From the sequence record SRR31156797_14282: a stretch of DNA of 36,129 bases, one strand, 5' to 3'. Position 1 is the stretch's first letter. Each line of letters begins with the position of its first letter. Below the pieces are notes generated by a model. That model searched no databases. It saw only the letters and a program-made list of their open reading frames with translations, and had not been told where the DNA came from. Shown here in pieces: positions 9,380-20,018 of the stretch. The position numbers and the translations under genes are program-made.

Positions 9380-11290
9380 CTAGAGTGATCGATAGTTGAT
9401 CTCTTGTTTATCAAGTAACGGTAAGTGCCCCTTTAAGCGAGCTAAATAGTCAGTCCAATTACGTAGTGAGTTTAGTGTCCACCCCGCTTCTGCTAGTGCA
9501 GTCAGACGTGGGTAGATCATGTAATCCATACGCGATTGGTCATTGATCAGTTCACACCACAGTGCGCTTTGCATACCTAAAATGCGTTTGCGTAGCGGGT
9601 GATCCGCTGGAATTTCGGCTAAAGGTTCATAGCTATAAGCGGTTTCTAAAGGTGTAACCCCGGCCCATGCCACTCCTGGTTCTTCTGGGGCATAATCCTG
9701 AACGATATCAAGATAGGTGTATTGGCCCGGTTGGAGGATCACATCAAAGCCTTGCTTAGCACAGTCGAGTGCTGCTTGCTCAGAGAGCCAAGAGTAGATG
9801 ACGGTATCTTTACTGACTTTGTTGCCATGTTGAGCCTCTTCCCAGCCCACCATACGTTTACCTAAAGAACGCAGTTTTTTCTCGACATAACGCAGTAAAT
9901 GGCCTTGAAGCTCTTTGGCATCACTGTAACCACTTTCTTCCATCAGTGCGCGACACTTAGGGCTATCAATCCAAACACCATCTGGCACTTCGTCGGCACC
10001 GATATGGATAAAGTGGCTTGGAAACAGAGCTGTTACTTCATCGAGCACAAGGTCAATGAAACGATAGGTTTCCGGAAGTGCAGGCGAAAGTACATTGTCG
10101 TTGTAATTCTGAATACTGCGGTAGTCGGAGTGATCATCGCTATCCACTAACCACTCTGATAAAGAGAGGATGGCTGCGCGACAGTGGCCTGGAATATCGA
10201 TCTCTGGGATAACGGTGATTCCGCGATCCTCAGCATAAGCGATCACTTGTTTGATCTCTTCCTGGGTGTAATAGCCGCCATGCACATCGGTTGCAGTGCT
10301 AAATTGAGGACCAATCTCTTTATTCACACCTCGCCATGCACCAATGTTGGTGAGCTGAGGTAGAGATTTAATTTCAATTCGCCATCCTTCATCATCGGTC
10401 AAGTGCCAATGAAAGGTGTTGAACTTGTAATGCGCGAGCTGATTAATCAAACGTTTTACACGTTCAACGGGATGAAAGTGGCGAGCACAATCAAGCATCA
10501 TACCGCGATATTTAAAGCGAGGAGCATCGCTGATATGAACGCTTGGTATGATGAGCTGGTCATCTTTTTGCTGCACTAGCTGCAATAAGGTTGCGGTAGC
10601 GTATACAAAGCCAGTATGACCGCTGGATTCCAAGATAACCCCTTTACTGCTGACAGACAGGTGATAGTGCTCATCATCCAAAATCGGGTTAATTTGATAG
10701 ATGATATCGCCATTACCAATGGGTTGAGCTTCGTAGTCATACAAACTTTGGAGCTCTTGACGTAGCCAGCTTGCCGCTTTTTCAGCTTGTTCAGAATGCA
10801 GAGTAATCTGGCTGGTAGCCGATAAAACATAGTTTCCAGCCAAGGTTTTTAAGTTATTTGGCTTTGGAATTAGGCATAGGTCAGCCGCGTCAATGTTTGG
10901 AACTTCACTGCGCTCCTGGTAAGGAGAAGCAAGCGCAATCGGTGTTACTGCTACATCATAACGTATCGTTGTTTCTGCGTGGTTCAGCTGTACAAAAGCT
11001 TCTTTTAAACCATCACTATGGAAGCGAAACGGAGCCGTTTTAATACGGAACTCACAGTAGTAGTGCCCATTCGCAGGCAGAACCGTTTGTTTTGGCACAA
11101 GGCTACAGAAGCTACCGATTTGATTAAGTTCACCATTGGTTATGCTGTCTGGCTGGATGAAACGATCCATGAAAAAGTGCAGCGACCAATTGGTCAGATC
11201 TTGGTCACCTAAGTTATGAAGTGTAAGACCAAATCGGCAATCATTTTTCTGTTCTGAAACAACGGTCAAATCAATTCGATAATTCATCAT
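9380..11290 (-). CDS. Beta-N-acetylhexosaminidase (GH20, ExoI-type)
   Basis: PRFKYRGMMLDCARHF, HWHLTDDEGWR, PEIDIPGH and catalytic HIGADE. Start likely ATG 11290 or 11287 after AAGGG, not 11329. Confidence 0.92.
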   Translation of the reverse strand: MMNYRIDLTVVSEQKNDCRFGLTLHNLGDQDLTNWSLHFFMDRFIQPDSITNGELNQIGSFCSLVPKQTVLPANGHYYCEFRIKTAPFRFHSDGLKEAFVQLNHAETTIRYDVAVTPIALASPYQERSEVPNIDAADLCLIPKPNNLKTLAGNYVLSATSQITLHSEQAEKAASWLRQELQSLYDYEAQPIGNGDIIYQINPILDDEHYHLSVSSKGVILESSGHTGFVYATATLLQLVQQKDDQLIIPSVHISDAPRFKYRGMMLDCARHFHPVERVKRLINQLAHYKFNTFHWHLTDDEGWRIEIKSLPQLTNIGAWRGVNKEIGPQFSTATDVHGGYYTQEEIKQVIAYAEDRGITVIPEIDIPGHCRAAILSLSEWLVDSDDHSDYRSIQNYNDNVLSPALPETYRFIDLVLDEVTALFPSHFIHIGADEVPDGVWIDSPKCRALMEESGYSDAKELQGHLLRYVEKKLRSLGKRMVGWEEAQHGNKVSKDTVIYSWLSEQAALDCAKQGFDVILQPGQYTYLDIVQDYAPEEPGVAWAGVTPLETAYSYEPLAEIPADHPLRKRILGMQSALWCELINDQSRMDYMIYPRLTALAEAGWTLNSLRNWTDYLARLKGHLPLLDKQEINYRSL

Positions 11291-11297
11291 CAAACCC

Positions 11298-12173
11298 TTA
11301 ATACAAATTGTGCTCAGGTTTTCCTGCAAACATCAGTGCACCTTCAATTGCGTCAAACTGAGGTGTCACAATCCATTGTTGAACGGGTGGTGATAACCAG
11401 TTCAATATACGTTCAGCAATACTGCCCATCAGGCAAATACGTTCTGCACCTCTGCGGTGAAGTGCGTTGAGGAACATCTCTATGTCTGAGGCCGTCTGTC
11501 TTAGCAACTCAATCGCGAGCGGATCATTCTGTTGGGCATGAGAAAAAATGGCTGGTGAGAACTGTCCGTAATCTCGAGGTAAAGCGGATTTTGACCATTC
11601 AACTATTTGGTCTATGTCATTATCAAAATGTTCCATAACATGTTCGCTCAAGCGAGTGTGGGGACGGATACCATCGTGAGTTAGAATGACTTTTTGAATC
11701 AGGCTTAATCCCATCATCGCTCCACTTCCCTGATCGGAGATAGGGAACTCTCTTCCGCCAACAACATACTGCTGGCTGTCTTTGAGTAGAATCCCGCACG
11801 ATCCTGTACCCGCGATCATAATGGCGCCATCTTGACCATTATGTGCGCCCAAGCAGGCACCGTACGCGTCAGTATTGAGAGTGAACGAAGCAAAAGGGTG
11901 GGGTTGTTGCATAAATGCAAACCATGCCGATTTGTGTTCTGCTCCGGCAAGAGCAAGACCGACGTGCATTTTATGCAGATGTGTTTCGTCTAACCCGCCT
12001 TGTTTTGCTGCAATACGGATGGATTCAGTAATGGAATGCAAAGCGACTTCAACGCCTAGCAATATGTTGGCACTGCCGCTTTTTCCTTCCCCAATCAGGT
12101 TGCCTTCAGCATCGCGAATACGCGCTCGGCAAGAGGTGCCTCCACCATCAATACCTACATAGTAATTACTCAT
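11298..12173 (-). CDS. gspK: Glucosamine kinase (BadF/BcrA-type ATPase fold)
   Basis: GIDGGGT, IAGTGS and SDQGSG motifs. ATG at 12173 preceded by GGAGGAG, overlapping the GH9 stop. Position within the chb operon fits. Confidence 0.85.
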   Translation of the reverse strand: MSNYYVGIDGGGTSCRARIRDAEGNLIGEGKSGSANILLGVEVALHSITESIRIAAKQGGLDETHLHKMHVGLALAGAEHKSAWFAFMQQPHPFASFTLNTDAYGACLGAHNGQDGAIMIAGTGSCGILLKDSQQYVVGGREFPISDQGSGAMMGLSLIQKVILTHDGIRPHTRLSEHVMEHFDNDIDQIVEWSKSALPRDYGQFSPAIFSHAQQNDPLAIELLRQTASDIEMFLNALHRRGAERICLMGSIAERILNWLSPPVQQWIVTPQFDAIEGALMFAGKPEHNLY

Positions 12174-13908
12174 GGTTATGCTCCTCCGGTTGGGTCGAGT
12201 TAATTGATTTGAAATAGGCAAACTGACTCATTACAGCCAACACATACCAAGCACCATGAGGTATCCATTGCTCGCCCCAACGCCAGTTTTGCAACATGTC
12301 ATCTTTTTGTTTTGGTGGGTTAAAGGCAATGTCTTCTCTGTCTTCAAACCCCGCGGTTATGCCATTGCAGACGCCGCCTTTTGCGTTAAAGAAGCCGAGA
12401 TGGGGTAAATAGTCAGGGTTATTGCGACCGTGTCCGTCGAGCATACACATGTCGTAAGGGTTTAAGCCTACGACCCAGTTCAGGGCGTTTTGGCCGAAAC
12501 TGAGCAGTTGCGCTTTAAGTTGTTCTTCTAAGTACGGTTGTACTTGATAAGCCATCGTTGCTAGAGAGGCTAGGCGAGCATTTTCACCCTGCCACCAGTA
12601 ACCACTTTCGTTGTTTTGTGACACAAAGAATGCATCGCGCTTATCTCCGTCAACATCTTTCACGTACTGACGTGGATAACCGAATGGATTAGTGACAGCT
12701 TGAGTAATATCGAGTTCAAACTGGCAAGCTTGATTCACGGAAGTTTTCGCTTTCGCTAAACGCTCAGCACAAGTTTCAATCTCAAGGTATTCGCATAGAG
12801 CAATAACAGGCAAACCCGACTCCGCTGCGTGATAGTAAGGGCGGCTGCCATCACTATTAGCTGACCAAAAATGGTTAAAATTGTCATCATTGGTTTGTCT
12901 GGCGCAGAGGCGATCGGCCCATGTTCTTGCTTCGTTTAAGTATTTTTCGTTGGTGGTGGTTTGGTATAACTCACAGGCAGCAAGCAGCGCGCAATATTCA
13001 TCAATGATGTTCTCTTCTCCATCATTAAGGTATTGCGTATTACACTCTTGAAGATGCCAATAGCCTTTCTCGGCGGCTGCGAGGTATTGTTCACTGCTGA
13101 ACTCACCATCAATATCGCATCTTGATGCCGCCGAGAGAGCAGCAATAGCTGCGCCGCCACCTTGACGGAAACCTGCCTGATAATCATTGGATTTGTGACC
13201 TTGTTGAGTTTCATAAGCACAGATCTCTCTGCGCTTAACATCTTTACTCCACTGGTCGAAAACGGTCATGTAAAAAAATCCCTCGGAGTGCTGCATGCGA
13301 ACCAAGAAATCAGCACCAAACAACGCCTCTTCCTTAAGGCGAGTGCGAGAAAATGCAGCAAACTCCGAGCGATGGTCTAAAATCGCTAACCCTTTGAATA
13401 GGTTCCATACCACAATGGGGGTTTGTTGTGGATTCAAATAGTTAGCGTAAGAAAGGTGACTTAAATATTTACTAACGTCACCTGAAGCGTCGTACCAACC
13501 TCCGTGTACATCGGCAGTGGTTTGAGTACCCAGAAGTGGTACGGACTTATCTTGCTTGTCAAAAATTCCGCCACATCGCTGTGACTTAAAGTAATGCAGC
13601 ACATCAGAAAAAGTACGCTGCATTAAAAGACCTTGAGCAATAGAAAAGACTTCAGATTGGATATCTTCAACTTGTAAGTAATAGCTGCCTTCTCCGGTAA
13701 AATCCGAGAAGTCGATACGGTGAAAGTATCCATGATGCCAATTCGCCACTTTTCCTTGTTGTTCGATTTTTAATTGAGCAACAGTCTTATGGCTATAACT
13801 ACAAACAAGCCGAGCAAAAGCTGCGGGTGAATCTGCTGATTCACTGAGTATTACCGCCTGCTTTGGTCCCAATGTTTCATAGCCAATGTGGTTGATCAGT
13901 AACTGCAT
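12166..13908 (-). CDS. Glycoside hydrolase family 9 (chitobiase / exo-beta-glucosaminidase)
   Basis: Ig-like N-terminus (LINHIGY), DVHGGWYDASGD GH9 motif, C-terminal WGEQWIPH. No signal peptide. Confidence 0.88.
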   Translation of the reverse strand: MQLLINHIGYETLGPKQAVILSESADSPAAFARLVCSYSHKTVAQLKIEQQGKVANWHHGYFHRIDFSDFTGEGSYYLQVEDIQSEVFSIAQGLLMQRTFSDVLHYFKSQRCGGIFDKQDKSVPLLGTQTTADVHGGWYDASGDVSKYLSHLSYANYLNPQQTPIVVWNLFKGLAILDHRSEFAAFSRTRLKEEALFGADFLVRMQHSEGFFYMTVFDQWSKDVKRREICAYETQQGHKSNDYQAGFRQGGGAAIAALSAASRCDIDGEFSSEQYLAAAEKGYWHLQECNTQYLNDGEENIIDEYCALLAACELYQTTTNEKYLNEARTWADRLCARQTNDDNFNHFWSANSDGSRPYYHAAESGLPVIALCEYLEIETCAERLAKAKTSVNQACQFELDITQAVTNPFGYPRQYVKDVDGDKRDAFFVSQNNESGYWWQGENARLASLATMAYQVQPYLEEQLKAQLLSFGQNALNWVVGLNPYDMCMLDGHGRNNPDYLPHLGFFNAKGGVCNGITAGFEDREDIAFNPPKQKDDMLQNWRWGEQWIPHGAWYVLAVMSQFAYFKSINSTQPEEHNHE

Positions 13909-14009
13909 TAAGGTCTCCAGTCGCTTATAGGGTCAAAGACCCTAGCTATCGGCGCAATAAATATGCGCCGACTTTTAGTACAATGGTGCGCCCCGGTAAG
14001 GGGATTCAG

Positions 14010-15005
14010 TTAGTTTTCGTACAGGTAACAACGAACAAAGTGGTTATCTGATAACTGAGTGACGGCAGGAAGTTGCTCACGACATCTGCTGGTAGCGTGA
14101 GTACAACGGCCAGCAAACGGACAGCCAACAGAAGCTGGAGTCCATAGTGGAATCTCCCCTTTGTTCCCTTTCAGCTTTTCGTGGATCGATTTTTTCGGAT
14201 CTGGAACCGCAGAAACAAGTAGTTGGGTATAAGGATGTTGTGGATCGTGGATGATCTGTTCTGTATCACCCCATTCAACCATGTGGCCCACGTACATAAC
14301 CGCAAGATCTTCTGCGATGTATCGAGCCGTAGCGATATCGTGAGTGATGTAAAGCAGAGACATTTTTTTCTCAAACTTCATCTCTTCCATCAGGTTAAGA
14401 ACACCGGCACGAATCGAAACGTCAAGCATGGATGTTGGTTCGTCAGCCAAAACAACTTCCGCGCCAACCGCAATGTTTCGAGCTAAGTTCACACGTTGAC
14501 GTTGGCCACCCGACAACTGATGAGGGTATTTCTCAGCCGTCTCTTTTGGTGGAATCAATCCCACTTGCTCTAACAGATCGTAAACACGCTCTTGCAGCTC
14601 TTTTTTATTGCCTGGCTTCACTTTTTTGTGGATCAAAAGTGGACGAGCAATATGATGGAAAATGGTGTGGGTTGGGTTCAATGAACCGAACGGATCTTGC
14701 CAAACCATCTGTACGCCTTCACGGTAATGCATCAGATCAGAGCGTGATTTGATATCAAGAATATCGCGACCTTTGTATTCGATATTCCCTGATGTCGGTG
14801 CGTACATTTTTGCGATCATTTTTGCGGTAGTAGATTTACCTGAGCCAGATTCACCGACGACAGAAAGACCGCGACTTTTGTACATTTTGAATGATACGTC
14901 GTTAATCGCACGCATCATTGGTTGTTGTAATGTATTACTGTTGATTGGAAAATCTTTAACTAGATTTTTCCCTTCAATTAACAAATTTTCATTTGGAATA
15001 TTCAT
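14010..15005 (-). CDS. (GlcNAc)2 ABC transporter ATP-binding protein (OppF/DppF-like)
   Basis: GESGSGKS, LSGGQRQR, ADEPT and C-terminal GCPFAGRC...C motif. Start likely ATG 15005 after GGAGAG. Confidence 0.9.
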   Translation of the reverse strand: MNIPNENLLIEGKNLVKDFPINSNTLQQPMMRAINDVSFKMYKSRGLSVVGESGSGKSTTAKMIAKMYAPTSGNIEYKGRDILDIKSRSDLMHYREGVQMVWQDPFGSLNPTHTIFHHIARPLLIHKKVKPGNKKELQERVYDLLEQVGLIPPKETAEKYPHQLSGGQRQRVNLARNIAVGAEVVLADEPTSMLDVSIRAGVLNLMEEMKFEKKMSLLYITHDIATARYIAEDLAVMYVGHMVEWGDTEQIIHDPQHPYTQLLVSAVPDPKKSIHEKLKGNKGEIPLWTPASVGCPFAGRCTHATSRCREQLPAVTQLSDNHFVRCYLYEN

Positions 15006-15044
15006 AGTTCTCTCCACCAATTCTTGGACTGTACTGCTATCAAA

Positions 15045-16028
15045 CTAAAGCTTTACTTGTGTAATCGGCTCGCCATAAAGGTGGCAGTTTGATAAACGTC
15101 CCGGCTCAATTTGACGTAGCTGAGTCGGTACTTGGCTGCAGGTTTCATGAACACGGTCACAACGTGCTTGGAAGCGACAGCCCTGAGGTATTTCCAATAG
15201 GTTTAATGGGTTACCCGGAATACCTGTCAGTTTGGTTTTTGGTCCTGTTAGGGGTGGAAATGAACTGCCCAAGCCTTTGGTATAAGGATGGTATGGGCTT
15301 TGTAAAATTTCTTTTGATGGCGCGACTTCAATCAGTTCACCCGAGTACATGATGCCAATGCGGTCAGAGAACTCGACCATCAGTGACAAGTCATGCGTGA
15401 TGAAAAGAATGGAAAAGCCAAACTCTTCTTTTAATGCGTAGATCTTCTGCAAAATTTCACGTTGAACCACGACATCAAGTGCTGTTGTTGGCTCATCCAT
15501 GATGATCATTTTCGGGTTCAGTGCTAACGCAATAGCGATAACCAAGCGTTGACGCATACCTCCGGAAAACTGGTGTGGGTAGTCATTCAATCGGCTAGGG
15601 TGAATATCAACAATTTCTAGCAGACCTTCAGCACGACGTTTTGCTTGTTCACGAGTCATGCTAGTGTGACGCATAATCACGTCGCAGAACTGCTCTTCCA
15701 TTCGCAACACCGGGTTAAGAGCGTTCATCGCGCTTTGGAAAACCATCGACATCTGGCTCCAACGAAATGATTGCATCTTCTCGTCGCTGTATTGAAGGAT
15801 GTCTTCACCGTTGAAGATAACTTCACCACCAGTGATAAATGCAGGCGGCTTGTGTAGGCGCATTAGTGAGAATGCAACCGTTGATTTACCACAGCCGGAT
15901 TCACCTGCTAAGCCAAAAACTTCACCTGGTGCGATATCAAAGCTGACATTGTTACAAGCGCGGACATCGCCCGCATCGGTAATGTAGTCTACGCATAAGT
16001 TGCGGATTGAGATTAGTGGTTCAGTCAT
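15045..16028 (-). CDS. (GlcNAc)2 ABC transporter ATP-binding protein (OppD/DppD-like)
   Basis: GESGCGKS, FSGGMRQR, MDEPTTALD and GCRFQARC. Start likely ATG 16028 after GGAG. Confidence 0.9.
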   Translation of the reverse strand: MTEPLISIRNLCVDYITDAGDVRACNNVSFDIAPGEVFGLAGESGCGKSTVAFSLMRLHKPPAFITGGEVIFNGEDILQYSDEKMQSFRWSQMSMVFQSAMNALNPVLRMEEQFCDVIMRHTSMTREQAKRRAEGLLEIVDIHPSRLNDYPHQFSGGMRQRLVIAIALALNPKMIIMDEPTTALDVVVQREILQKIYALKEEFGFSILFITHDLSLMVEFSDRIGIMYSGELIEVAPSKEILQSPYHPYTKGLGSSFPPLTGPKTKLTGIPGNPLNLLEIPQGCRFQARCDRVHETCSQVPTQLRQIEPGRLSNCHLYGEPITQVKL

Positions 16029-16029
16029 G

Positions 16030-17055
16030 TTATTTGTCTCCGCTCCAAAGTGCATTTTGTGGTGCTAGGTTTGGTTGGCGCTCTGATTTATCTTGCTGCG
16101 CTAGCTTCTTCCAACGTTTCATCCCTTTGTGAGAACGTAATTGAGGGTTAGCTATTTCATCCACAGCAAAGTTAAGCAGTGCAAGGCCTGTAACCAGTAG
16201 CGTTAGAGATAAACATGGAGCTAGCAGTTCCCACCAAGCACCAATCAGCATTGATGATGAAGTTTGTACGTTATAGAGCATGATGCCCCAGCTGGTGGTG
16301 TTTGGATCGCCTAGACCAAGGAACGAGATAGTGGCTTCCATCATCACCGCGTACATTACCGAACCGATAAAGCTTGCACCGACAATTGAGATTAGGTTTG
16401 GCAAAATCTCAACAAAGATAATGCGCCATGAACTTTCACCTAATACTTCTGCGGCTTTAACAAACTCTTTTTCACGTAGAGCTAACGTTTGGGCGCGGAC
16501 GACACGAGCACCCCAGGCCCAGGAGGTACAACCTATTATAAGGGCAATGGTGAGAGGTCCTGCTTCACCGATGAAAGCGGCAACCACGAACAGTAATGGA
16601 TATTGCGGGATTACCAGCATAATGTTCATCGCCGCAGTTAAGAAGTCATCGATTTTACCGCCGAAATAACCAGCGGATACGCCGATAATTGTGGCTAAGA
16701 AACATACGGTGATACCAGCACCAAAACCTACAGCGAGTGATACACGCGCACCGTAAGCAACCTGTGACCAAACATCACGTCCCATACGAGTGGTACCTAA
16801 AGTGTGGTCTGCTTTTTTCGACATAATCAATGTACGTCGATCATTGGCAAAGTTTTCTGCTACCCAACCATCAGGGTTAGCTTGAGCTGCTTTCACAACA
16901 AAAGATGGGTACTCATGGGGATTACCCGTACGTTTGTTTGGCTCATGTTTTGTTAGTAATGGCGCTGCAAGCGCAATGAACAAGAAAATACTTAAGATTG
17001 TCACGCCGACCATAGCGACGCGGTTTCCTGATAGAAGTTTCCACAATGCTTTCAT
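16030..17055 (-). CDS. (GlcNAc)2 ABC transporter permease (OppC-like)
   Basis: HTLGTTRMGRDV, EAA loop EFVKAAEVLG, multiple TM segments. Confidence 0.9.
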   Translation of the reverse strand: MKALWKLLSGNRVAMVGVTILSIFLFIALAAPLLTKHEPNKRTGNPHEYPSFVVKAAQANPDGWVAENFANDRRTLIMSKKADHTLGTTRMGRDVWSQVAYGARVSLAVGFGAGITVCFLATIIGVSAGYFGGKIDDFLTAAMNIMLVIPQYPLLFVVAAFIGEAGPLTIALIIGCTSWAWGARVVRAQTLALREKEFVKAAEVLGESSWRIIFVEILPNLISIVGASFIGSVMYAVMMEATISFLGLGDPNTTSWGIMLYNVQTSSSMLIGAWWELLAPCLSLTLLVTGLALLNFAVDEIANPQLRSHKGMKRWKKLAQQDKSERQPNLAPQNALWSGDK

Positions 17056-17057
17056 GA

Positions 17058-18044
17058 TTATTTACCTCCCTTGCGTAGGCGAGGGTCTAGAACGACGTAC
17101 AGCATGTCTGCTAGCAGGTTAAAGAACAGCATAAACAGAGTCATGATAAGAAGCTGGCCCTGAAGCACTTGGTAGTCACGAGAAGTAATCGCGTTGAATA
17201 GAACCGTACCAAGACCTGGGTAGTTAAAGATGATTTCAATAATCAGCTGACCACCGATTGCCATACCTAATGACATCGAAAGTGCGGTCACACTTGGCAG
17301 CAATGCGTTACGAGCTGCATAATTGAATACAACACGGTTTTCGCTCAGGCCTTTGCCTTTAGCCATCGTGATGTAGTCTTCTGCTAGCAGGTTGATCATG
17401 TTGTTACGCATGTTGACCAGAAAGCCACCGATTTGAACAACGGATGCACAAACCAAGGGAAGAACGGCGTGGTAAGCGACATCTTTAATGAACTCCCAGC
17501 TTGTCCAATCAGGAATGGTACCTGCGGTATAGGCATAACCCGTTGGGAACCACTTTAAGCCGATAGCGAAAACAAACATCGCTAGCATGGCAATAACCAC
17601 CTGAGGCACAGCTTGTATTACCAACATGCCAGGAGTTATGAAGGTGTCGTAGCGGCTACCACGTTTCCATGCGGCGAAGATGCCGAGAATAGAGCCGATA
17701 GAGAAAGAGATAATAACAGCAGTACCCGCTAGGAATAGTGACCAGCCAAATGCGCCACCTAAAAGCTCGTTAACACTTAACGGATAAAATTTGATTGAAG
17801 TACCCAGCTCCCAACTAAGTATACTCTTCATATATGTTGCGTATTCCACATACCAAGGACCGCCTACAAAGCCTAGTAGCTCCTTCATTGCTGCGATACG
17901 CTCTGGCGTCACTTGTACCGTTGCGTTAGCGAACATCATGGTAACAGGGTCACCTGGCATTGCTCGTGGAATAATGAAATTGATAGTTGCTGCAACAAGC
18001 AGCGCGGCAAAATAAAATGACAAACGTCTTAAAAAATAACCCAT
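17058..18044 (-). CDS. (GlcNAc)2 ABC transporter permease (OppB-like)
   Basis: MPGDP, DYITMAKGKGL, FNYPGLG and C-terminal LDPRLR. Confidence 0.9.
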   Translation of the reverse strand: MGYFLRRLSFYFAALLVAATINFIIPRAMPGDPVTMMFANATVQVTPERIAAMKELLGFVGGPWYVEYATYMKSILSWELGTSIKFYPLSVNELLGGAFGWSLFLAGTAVIISFSIGSILGIFAAWKRGSRYDTFITPGMLVIQAVPQVVIAMLAMFVFAIGLKWFPTGYAYTAGTIPDWTSWEFIKDVAYHAVLPLVCASVVQIGGFLVNMRNNMINLLAEDYITMAKGKGLSENRVVFNYAARNALLPSVTALSMSLGMAIGGQLIIEIIFNYPGLGTVLFNAITSRDYQVLQGQLLIMTLFMLFFNLLADMLYVVLDPRLRKGGK

Positions 18045-18313
18045 AACTTACACCTTACTCACCCAGTGTGTTTCTGTTTGCTAGCGAAATTTAGAGCGAG
18101 AAATCCCCTGACGACAGGCGCCATAAATTTTATAAATAGTGGGGATTAGAAACCAATTCCAGCAATTATCTAATCATTCTTGCTGGCTAAAATTACTGAT
18201 AGCTACGTTAGGATTTTCGTAATTAGGTAAACTAGTTCCTTCAAATCCTGCCTTGCTCTAAGTAATTTTATCTGCGCAATACTCTGTTCATATAATCACT
18301 GGCATTGGTATTA

Positions 18314-18334
18314 GCGGCGCACGGAGTACGCCGC
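18314..18334 (-). other. GC-rich hairpin just 3' of cbp (probable mRNA-stabilising stem)
   Basis: Minus-strand GCGGCGTAC-tcc-GTGCGCCGC, 13 nt after the cbp stop, with no strong U-tract. Confidence 0.6.
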
Positions 18335-18347
18335 AAAGAATGAACGT

Positions 18348-20018
18348 TTACTTAACTGGTTTTAGGTCCAGAACATGAAGTAGACGCTCTGGGATACCAG
18401 CCCATACGCTAGGACGACCTTTCGGGTTGTCTTCGCTCCACCAACCTGTGAATCGAGTGGTGTTGTACTGGTACATCCAAGCTCCAGACATTACAGGGAT
18501 AGTCACTTGGTCTTCAGCGATGATCTTCTGAATACCGTGAGCAATCTTAATTTGCTCGTTCTTATCAGCTGTTTTGTAGAAGCTGTCTAACAATCCGTCT
18601 AGCTTGTTGTTTTTGTAGAAGTGCATCGCAAAGCGAGGCATACCTTCACCACCTTGAAGTGATGAGTTGTAACCACTATTCCAGTAAGTGTAAGGATCCG
18701 CACCGTGGAAGTAGTTCGTGTACGCAACGTCGTAAGTACCTTTCAGCATTGCTTCGTTGTATACCGCAAACTCAGGAGTACGTGCTTTCGCTTGAATACC
18801 CACTTCGTTTAGCTGTTCTACTGCAAGTTGTACTGTGTTGTTGAAGTCAGTCCAACCGTTTGGTGATTGAACAAGTAGCTCAAATGATTTGCCAGATGGG
18901 GTATCTACAAAACCGTCACCATTGACATCTTTAAAGCCAGCTTTAGCAAGAAGTGCTTTTGCACCTTCAGCATCGTAGCTGTTAAAGCCTTTGTACTTGT
19001 TGTGTACTGATTCATCAGACCAAGCTTCGAATGCGTAACCTAGACCAGATGCGAAGTCATTCACTGTACCGCCACCGTAAAATGCGATGTCGATAATTGT
19101 TTGACGGTCAATCGCCATTGAGAATGCGCGACGGAAATCAACGTTTGTTAGTGCTTCGTTCTTCGCAGGATCTGGGTTCTTAAAGTTAACCACGAATGCT
19201 TGTGTACCAGATGCTGGGTACCAGTAGTGATGGTTTGGACTTGCAGCAGCATAAGTACGGTCGATATCAGGAATGAATGATGATGTCCAATCCAGCTCAG
19301 AGTTTACAACTTTACCCAGTAGCTGGTCGTTGTTCGCGATTTGCGGAACACGTAGACAGTCAACGTCTAGGTTGTCGTTATCCCAGTAGTTCGGGTTACG
19401 GCACTGAATGTAAAGTTGCGGAGTGAAGGTGTCGATTTCAGTAAACGGACCAGTACCTACTGGATTTTCGTTAGTGAAAGTATTTGGCTCTTTAACATCT
19501 TTCCAGACGTGCTCAGCAACGATCGGTACAAGCGAAATTTCATATGGTACGTTTGAGTTTGCTTCTGTTAGTTGGAAGCGTACGGTGTATTCGTTTACTC
19601 GTTCTACACTCTTAACCCACTTGTTGATACCACGTTGGTCAAGCTCAGGCTTATCCTTCAGTAACTTGTATGAGTAGATGATGTCATCAGCAGTAAACAC
19701 TTCACCATCAGACCATTTAACGCCTTTACGAACGTTGAAAGTTACGCTCATAAGGTCGTCAGACATCTTGTAGCTTTCAGCAAGACGCATCACCGGTTCG
19801 TTACCGTTCATCTCGTTAAAAACAACAAGAGGCTCATAGATAAAGTCTGTTGTAGTACGTAGGTTTGTTGCTAGGTACGGGTTAAAGTTACGTACCATAG
19901 TTGGGTAAAAGTCCGGTACTATAGTCAACTCACTGCGAGCTAATGCAGGAGCTGAGACGCTAATTGCTCCAGCGATAACGGCTGTTGCGAGTGCTGTCTT
20001 TTTAATATTGGCAAGCAT
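18348..20018 (-). CDS. cbp: Periplasmic chitin-oligosaccharide binding protein (SBP family 5), partner of ChiS
   Basis: Signal peptide (...APALA|RSELT), VKWSDGEVFTADD and PVGTGPF family-5 motifs. First gene of the chb operon. Codon usage typical of a highly expressed gene. Confidence 0.93.
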   Translation of the reverse strand: MLANIKKTALATAVIAGAISVSAPALARSELTIVPDFYPTMVRNFNPYLATNLRTTTDFIYEPLVVFNEMNGNEPVMRLAESYKMSDDLMSVTFNVRKGVKWSDGEVFTADDIIYSYKLLKDKPELDQRGINKWVKSVERVNEYTVRFQLTEANSNVPYEISLVPIVAEHVWKDVKEPNTFTNENPVGTGPFTEIDTFTPQLYIQCRNPNYWDNDNLDVDCLRVPQIANNDQLLGKVVNSELDWTSSFIPDIDRTYAAASPNHHYWYPASGTQAFVVNFKNPDPAKNEALTNVDFRRAFSMAIDRQTIIDIAFYGGGTVNDFASGLGYAFEAWSDESVHNKYKGFNSYDAEGAKALLAKAGFKDVNGDGFVDTPSGKSFELLVQSPNGWTDFNNTVQLAVEQLNEVGIQAKARTPEFAVYNEAMLKGTYDVAYTNYFHGADPYTYWNSGYNSSLQGGEGMPRFAMHFYKNNKLDGLLDSFYKTADKNEQIKIAHGIQKIIAEDQVTIPVMSGAWMYQYNTTRFTGWWSEDNPKGRPSVWAGIPERLLHVLDLKPVK

